From IMG/VR virus record IMGVR_UViG_3300042402_003181: a stretch of 64,000 bases of DNA; one strand, 5' to 3'. This document shows positions 50,176-57,300 of this stretch, in pieces. The translations under genes were made by a program, and so were the position numbers. Position 1 is the first letter of the stretch; each line of letters opens with the position of its first letter. Source of the stretch: a virus. The notes under the pieces were generated by a model. It saw nothing but the letters and a program-made list of their open reading frames with translations. It did not search any database and was not told the origin of the DNA.

Positions 50176-51183
50176 TTATTTTGGGCAGCAAGCTGAAGTT
50201 GGAGCAGCAGATGATTCAATTGCTACTGTTGTATTAACTGGATTTTTAAATTTTCTACTACCTTTTATTACAGAATCAACAATTGCATCTTCAATTTTAT
50301 CATTCATTATCATAATACCGTCATTACCTCGATCAGCAACTTCATCCATTGTTATTCTAATCGGACTGTATCGTCTAATATCTCCACCCATATCTAAAAC
50401 ATCAAACTTATCATAATCCGGATAGGAAACGTTAATTGAGAATGTTGATCCTACTACAATAGTAGCTGGTTTATCTAACGAATATGCTAAATGTTGTCCT
50501 ACAGAATCACAACCTAAGAAGTAGTCTGCATTTGCAATAATGCCTGCCCATTTACGTAGATCAATGTTTTGTGGCATTGCAACTACGTCTTTACAACCAT
50601 GTTTAGCAAATTCAATACCAAATTCTGCCATTACTACTACTGCAAAATTTTTCTGTAATTTTTTAACAATATTCAGTAAATGAGTACTTTCAAAACTACG
50701 TCCAGATGCATCATATATAACACCGTCCTTGTTAGTTACGCCACGACCAAATGGTTGAAACACAACTACTTTGTCTTTTTTAGTTTTTTCTTTAACTTCT
50801 TTAATTGCAAAATAACCTGTAAGCATTTCGTCATTTGATAACCGCATTGTTGGTTTTTGTAATGTTCTAACGCCTTTATTGTTAATTGCAATATCATATG
50901 CTTGCGCAATTGAACATTTTTGATTATAATATTCCCAAATACGATATGGTTCTGGAGATACTAAATCCATATTAATAAGTTTATCTTCAAATAAATTTTT
51001 GTGCCAATGATCGTACGCACGTTCGTGTAATAACGGATGGCCTTTATAAAAGTCAGTGCCGCCTTCGCATACTATAATAAAATCTTTACTAACTTCTTCT
51101 GCGTATTTTTCTAATGCTGGTATAGAACAGATTACTCTACCTGCTCCTCCATTGATAAAAAACGCTTTTGCTCTTTCTGTCAT
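50176..51183 (-). CDS. Glycosyltransferase, GT9 (heptosyltransferase)-like GT-B fold
   Basis: GGAGRVICSIPAL at the N-terminus and LRKWAGIIANADYFLGCDSVGQHLAYSLDKP near the C-terminus; AGGAG RBS. Confidence 0.75.
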   Translation of the reverse strand: MTERAKAFFINGGAGRVICSIPALEKYAEEVSKDFIIVCEGGTDFYKGHPLLHERAYDHWHKNLFEDKLINMDLVSPEPYRIWEYYNQKCSIAQAYDIAINNKGVRTLQKPTMRLSNDEMLTGYFAIKEVKEKTKKDKVVVFQPFGRGVTNKDGVIYDASGRSFESTHLLNIVKKLQKNFAVVVMAEFGIEFAKHGCKDVVAMPQNIDLRKWAGIIANADYFLGCDSVGQHLAYSLDKPATIVVGSTFSINVSYPDYDKFDVLDMGGDIRRYSPIRITMDEVADRGNDGIMIMNDKIEDAIVDSVIKGSRKFKNPVNTTVAIESSAAPTSACCPK

Positions 51184-51212
51184 GTGTACTCCTTATTTTT
51201 GATTACTATAGT

Positions 51213-51241
51213 ATTTTAGCAGAAAACAAACCATAAGTCAA
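51213..51241 (-). promoter_or_regulatory. Sigma70-type promoter for the inverted enzyme operon
   Basis: The minus strand reads TTGACT-17 nt-TAAAAT, with an extended -10 element (TGc-TAAAAT). Confidence 0.75.
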
Positions 51242-51254
51242 TAGTTTTGAGTTA

Positions 51255-51262
51255 GATAAATA
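51255..51262 (+). promoter_or_regulatory. Late promoter-like element (GATAAATA)
   Basis: 18 nt before the ATG at 51281; divergent from the sigma70 promoter. Confidence 0.6.
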
Positions 51263-51280
51263 TACAAAACGAGAACTATT

Positions 51281-52888
51281 ATGACAGATTTTTTAAGAGG
51301 TCCAAACAACACATTTCGATTAAATCATCGGTATCCATCTTTTGGTAGACCATGGACGCGAGTGTATGCCGATACGTTAATTGACAGTTGGTTTGTTGGC
51401 GATTTTTCAAGTGCTAACTACCTCATCACTGTGGAATTTGATTCAAATCAGAAAGAAACAATGCAGGTATTAGTAATAGCACGACCGGAACATGCAAGTT
51501 TTACAATCTACGGTCGTACAAGTATACAAGACGAACTTATAACCTTATCAGCTACTGTAACAGCTAGTAAATTATATTTAACTGCGTCTTCTGCAAGTAG
51601 TGCATTTGACGGAGCAAAAGTAATTTTTACAGCAACTTATGCCGAAACAATTAGTCAACTTGGTAAACCTACTGTAGTTCCTGGAACATCGTCCGGCGGA
51701 AGTGCGTTAGATCCGATTGATAATGCTCATTCATTTGGAACTATTGCAGTACTTTCGCAAGAAAATGTAACAGCAGCTGCAGCATCTGATGAAATCACAT
51801 TTTTAACTGGTAACGGTATTAATATTACTACTAATAATACATCAAAGTCAATAACATTTAGTTCAGTTGTTGATCTTTTTAAAACTGTTACTGTTGGTAG
51901 TACAGTTATAACCGCATCAGATCCAAATGATTCTATAAGATTTTCTGCAAGTAACGGCGTTGCAATAACTGCATCTACATTAACTAATACAATTTCATTA
52001 TCAGCTACAGGTATACTAAGTAGTTTAGATGTGTCTGGTGATAGTACACTTAATACGTTAACTGTTTCCGGAAATACTATATTATCAAATTTAACAGTTA
52101 ATGGTAATTTAATAATTAACGGGTCTACTACATCTGTAAATTCTACTGCATTAACTATTGCTGATTACAATATTACATTAGCACAAGGTGCAACAACATC
52201 TCAACTTGCAAATGGATCAGGTATTACTATTGCAGGCGCTCTTGCATCATTGAACTGGGATCATTCTACATCAAGTTGGCAATCAAATAAGATCATTACA
52301 CCATCAGTAAACAATGCGCTAACATTAGGCACATCTGGAATGTTATGGCAGAATGTATATGCTACTACATTAACTGGTACATTAGCTGCCGGAGCTCAAC
52401 CTAATATTACTGCGTTAGGTTCATTGAGTACACTAACTGTAAATGGATTAGCATCATTTAATGGGACATCAACATTTACCGGCAGTGTATCTGCAGCTAC
52501 AGTATCAGTTAGTGGAATATTAGATGTAACTTCAACAAGAGAAACTGTAGTTGATGTTACTAGTGCATCGACTGTTAATTACGATTATGCAGCATCATCA
52601 ATATTTTATCATTCTACTAGTCCAGCTGTAGATTGGATTGCAAATTTTGCAAATTTACCTAATACAGTAAATGGTAAATCGATTACACTTAATATTATTG
52701 TGCCACAAGGCAGTACTGCTTATAAAATTTCATCGGTTACAATAGCCGGCGTATCGCAAACAATATTATGGTCGGGATCTTCATTGCCAGCTGGCACTGC
52801 AAGTAAAACTGATATATGGGCTTTTACATTTATAAGACGAAGTAATGCATGGACATTGTTTGGTTCACGTTCGGCAAATTTTGGATAA
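51281..52888 (+). CDS. Tail fibre-like protein (535 aa)
   Basis: Shaft motif SVNSTALTIADYNITL; its C-terminal domain (QGSTAYKISSVTIAG...WSGSSLP...TDIWAFTFI) is homologous to the C-termini of the 14564 and 22240 proteins. Confidence 0.75.
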   Translation: MTDFLRGPNNTFRLNHRYPSFGRPWTRVYADTLIDSWFVGDFSSANYLITVEFDSNQKETMQVLVIARPEHASFTIYGRTSIQDELITLSATVTASKLYLTASSASSAFDGAKVIFTATYAETISQLGKPTVVPGTSSGGSALDPIDNAHSFGTIAVLSQENVTAAAASDEITFLTGNGINITTNNTSKSITFSSVVDLFKTVTVGSTVITASDPNDSIRFSASNGVAITASTLTNTISLSATGILSSLDVSGDSTLNTLTVSGNTILSNLTVNGNLIINGSTTSVNSTALTIADYNITLAQGATTSQLANGSGITIAGALASLNWDHSTSSWQSNKIITPSVNNALTLGTSGMLWQNVYATTLTGTLAAGAQPNITALGSLSTLTVNGLASFNGTSTFTGSVSAATVSVSGILDVTSTRETVVDVTSASTVNYDYAASSIFYHSTSPAVDWIANFANLPNTVNGKSITLNIIVPQGSTAYKISSVTIAGVSQTILWSGSSLPAGTASKTDIWAFTFIRRSNAWTLFGSRSANFG

Positions 52889-52891
52889 ACT

Positions 52892-53698
52892 ATGACATTA
52901 TTGTGTTCATTAAAATCAACTACGTTTTGGGTTTCTACTACTGGTTCGTTACCGTCTGCTGTTGGCCAACAGGCATATGCATCTGCCGGCACGTATTTTT
53001 GGACAGCGCCAATTGGCGTTACATCTGTATGTGTTGTGTGTGTCGGGGGCGGTGGCGGTGGAGGGTACGGTAATTCTGCTAATTGGAATGGGTCTGCAGG
53101 CGGCAATTTAAGATATGCTAACAATATACCAGTAGTTCCAGGTAATGCGTATACTGTTGTAGTCGGCGCAGGCGGAACTAACTACTTAACTACTGGTAAC
53201 CCAAACGGAGGAGCTGGTGGTACTAGTTCATTCAACGTATCATCTGTAATAGCAACTGGCGGTGGCGGTGGTGGAGCAGTAGCCGGTGTTTCAACATCTT
53301 CCGGTAACGTTGGATTCGGCGGTAATGGCGGTAATGGACTTGTAACTGTTGACGGCGGTGGTGGAGGGGCAGGCGGTTATTCCGGTAACGGCGGTGCCGG
53401 TGGCTCGGTTGCCCCTCCGGGAGGAGGCGGCGCAGGTGGTCGAAACGGGAGCGGTGGCCCAGGTGGGGGTGGGGTTGGAATTTACGGCGAAGGCCCGTCG
53501 GGGTCAGTTACAGGCGGCGGAGGGTCAGGCGGCGGTTCTACAGTCGACGGAAGCGGAGGCGGATCGTATCAAGCAGGCGGCTTGTTTGGTGGAGGCGGCG
53601 GTTCTGGATACAGCGGCGGACCAGGCGCAAGCGGCGCAGTTAGAATAATTTGGGGACCAAACAGATCATTCCCTTCAACTAATACTGGTAATTTATAA
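52892..53698 (+). CDS. Gly-rich adhesin-like protein (268 aa)
   Basis: YASAGTYFWTAPIGVTSVCVVCVGGGGGGG ... GASGAVRIIWG scaffold with poly-Gly motifs. Confidence 0.8.
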   Translation: MTLLCSLKSTTFWVSTTGSLPSAVGQQAYASAGTYFWTAPIGVTSVCVVCVGGGGGGGYGNSANWNGSAGGNLRYANNIPVVPGNAYTVVVGAGGTNYLTTGNPNGGAGGTSSFNVSSVIATGGGGGGAVAGVSTSSGNVGFGGNGGNGLVTVDGGGGGAGGYSGNGGAGGSVAPPGGGGAGGRNGSGGPGGGGVGIYGEGPSGSVTGGGGSGGGSTVDGSGGGSYQAGGLFGGGGGSGYSGGPGASGAVRIIWGPNRSFPSTNTGNL

Positions 53699-53713
53699 CA
53701 ACATGGAAAAAAT

Positions 53714-54328
53714 ATGTCAATAAGTCAAAAACCTTTACGCTCTGAATTAGGATTTGTAAGTCCTGGTTTTGCAGTCGATGTATACGGAAATGTTAACATT
53801 GCCGGTGCATTTAAAATAAACGGTGTGTCTATATCATCGTCATCTGGTACATTACCAAGCATGTATGTAAACAGTAGTTTAACAAGAGTAGGTACATTAA
53901 CACAATTAACAGTTAACGGGAACACATCGGTATCTGGCGGTACATTATCTGTATCATCGACTGGAACAGTTAGTATAACTGCAGGCACGACTGGAACCTT
54001 AAATAATATTACAATTGGTAACAATGTTGCAGCAGCTGGATCATTTACAGATTTAGCAGCTGACAATGCATCTTTTACTGCGTTAACTACATTAACTTTA
54101 TCAGCAACGAGTGTATCAGCAACTAATCTAACAAATACAGGAACGTTAAATATCAATCCCACTACTGTAGGTGCAATTAATCATGTAAATATAGGGTATA
54201 CAACTCCTGGTACAGGAAAATTTACCACCTTATCAATTACAACAACTCCATCTAATAACACAGATGCAACAACAAAACAATATGTCGATACAAGAATTTC
54301 AGCAATGGCTATTGCTCTTGGATCATAA
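53714..54328 (+). CDS. Short fibre-like structural protein (204 aa)
   Basis: LTRVGTLTQLTV, G.(L/I)N...IG repeats and a C-terminal DATTKQYVD motif. Confidence 0.7.
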   Translation: MSISQKPLRSELGFVSPGFAVDVYGNVNIAGAFKINGVSISSSSGTLPSMYVNSSLTRVGTLTQLTVNGNTSVSGGTLSVSSTGTVSITAGTTGTLNNITIGNNVAAAGSFTDLAADNASFTALTTLTLSATSVSATNLTNTGTLNINPTTVGAINHVNIGYTTPGTGKFTTLSITTTPSNNTDATTKQYVDTRISAMAIALGS

Positions 54329-54339
54329 CGGAGATATAA

Positions 54340-57300
54340 ATGGCAAAACAAAGAATACAAAATTACGTTTTTTTACCCGGTGTTTCGAGTAGCAGTAATG
54401 CTTATCCAAATGCGTATTCTCTATTATCAACAAATAAAGAATTTTTAAAAGCAGAAACAAAAGCATATATTAATGCACAGATTGCAGTAGATACTGCATC
54501 AAACTTATACCCAAATGCAGTTACATTATTAACTAATAATAAAGCATTTATTATTGATGAAATTATTGCGTGGGTTGCATATCGTGTAACTAATAATATT
54601 TCTCCATTTGTAGGATATACTTATAGCGTGGCATCTTGTAGACGTGATACTAGTTATCTCATAGATGCGCTTATTTATGACATTAGATACGGTGGCAATG
54701 AACAAACTATTGATATTTGTAAAAATATGTGGCAAGGTGGTGCAGCTCAGTTAATATCTCCTACACAAGAGATTGCAGGGTTTACTCAAATATTTACAAT
54801 AATTACAAACTTTATTTTACCAAAGACTGCGTACACAAGCCAACAAAGTCCAGTAACTTCTACACAAAACATAACAGGTACTGCAGGCGAAGCAGCTGTT
54901 CCAAATCGTATAAATTCATTACGAGATTTGTTAACTAATTCAATTCCAAATGGCTTATCTGTATTACCACCAATAACTTATTCGTTAAGAAAGTTTGCAG
55001 GATATGCATACAATCAGTCACGTTGCGATCGTGATATTGGTATGTTATTAGATGCCTATCTATATGATTTAAGATACGGCGGCAATTTTAAAACTAGATA
55101 CGTGTCGTCTAAATTTTGGAATGGAGTTATTCCTCAAATTGTAGGCGATAGACAACCTGAGATTACTGCACAGACCTTTTTAAGAGATTTAGTAATTAAC
55201 ACTGTGTTTACTCAAACTGCGTATACACCGTTGCAAACGACTATTGATATAGTAACTAACGGATTAACTATTGCAGAATCAGGTAGTTCGGCAAGAATAA
55301 CGTCATTATCAAACGAATTTTTAGGTGTGCTTACTAACGGATTAACAAGTATGCCAGCGTTAACTACTGGTGTAACTACTATTAAACTACAAGGCAAGTA
55401 TAAATTAGATTCGATATTGTTAATCACAAATACAACGTCTAATCAAATTTTATATAACTTTAGTGATCCGTCAATAGGCGGCAGTGTGTTTATTGACGAT
55501 GGATATGTTAGTAACGATTTTTATACAGAAGAAGATTTTCCATCATTTAGACAAACTACTGACCATGTAACTACCTTAATTTTAGGCGTAGACACATCAA
55601 CCGGATCGGTTGCAGATGACATTCAAATTTTTGTAGAAGCTAAAGAACAACGAACTCGTCCGTATGATTATGGTACTGATGCGATTGAACGTCAACGTGT
55701 TGCTCAACCGCAATCTATGCTTGACGCTGACTTTGAATACGGATTACAACCTACTAAATGGCAAGCTATTGGTATTAGTAGAGGGTATCCATCAGTATAC
55801 GAAGTGCCTGGCACCGATACTCCGGTATTAAATGTTACAACAGACGCTAGTGCAGGAACAGGCGGAACTGGCGAATCAACAATTACGGTAACAACAAGCT
55901 CACCTCATGGTTTTACTGTAGGAATGCCATTTACAATTAAAGCATTAGCAAATAGTATTTCTGGTTTTTCGAGAGCAGAAGGCACGTTTTTAATTAACAC
56001 AGTTCCAACAACTACAAGCTTTACATATTATGCCGTATCTAAAGTTGGGTCAACTAATGGTCAAGTTCTTGCAACAACATATACACAATTAAGAAAAGGA
56101 AGTTTCTATACAGGCTCAGCAATCGGAACTCCGACATTTGCTGTATATAGTAACGGATCAACTACTACATTAACTACTCAATTCATAACTACAGTAGGAT
56201 CTGATCAGCTTGCATTTACCGGAACTCCGCCGGCTGTAGGCGCGCCACTATCAGGGTCAGCATCTCTTACATCCGGATCTCAAGTCGCAGGTGTTGTAGG
56301 TCCAGGTGGCATTGCATTAACTGCAAACATAGAAACAAGTGTTAGTATAAACGATACGGTAGTTGTGTTAACGTCGGCATCTGGTGTATTAGAAGGAATG
56401 GCAATTGATAACGGCGCAGGTACTGCAATCTTTGTTAGTAATGTATCCGCAAACACAGTTAGTCTTACTGGTCCAATTGTTACTGCACGGTTAGGGAATA
56501 CTGCAACTTACTCAAATATATCCGGCACTAATATACTAGTTACTACAGCAAGTGCTACATTTAACGTAAGCCGTGTAGACGGTGAATATCAAGCTACTGT
56601 TATCGACGGCGGAACTGGTTACATTGAAGGAAATCGAATTGTAATTTTAGGTACATCAGTAGGAGGTGCTACTCCTTTAAACGATTTAACTATTACAGTA
56701 TCAACAATATTAGCAGGGGTTATTCAAACAATTTCTGTATCTGGAACTAGTATCTCAGGCAACGGATCATATACAAATGTTACTCCAAATACTACTACTT
56801 CAGTGTCTGGAGCAGGAGCAACTTTTGATGTAACACGGTCAAATGCAGGTTACGGATTGCTAATAAATCAATCAGGAACTGGGTTTTTAGTTAGCGAAAC
56901 TTTAACTATTTTAGGTATAAGCTTAGACGGACTAAGTCCGGATAATGATTTAGTTATTACTGTTGATAGTATTAATGTAGATGGGGGGATTGTTACATAT
57001 TCACTTATTGGCGTTCCTGTTACTAGTAATGCAGTGTTTGGTACGTTGAGCGGGACAAATGTTGCTGCTGCGGGTACAAATGCGCAATTTAATATTACTA
57101 GATCAAATAGTGCATATTCATTAACTATTAATGATCCAGGTATTGGGTACTTTGTTGGAGATCAAATACTAATACTAGGAACCAGTATTGGCGGAGCAAC
57201 TTCTGCAAACGATGCAACTATACTTGTTACAGGAGTAACTAACAACACAATTACCTCAGCTACTATTTTAGGTACCTCGGTTACCGGTGTTACGTTACCG

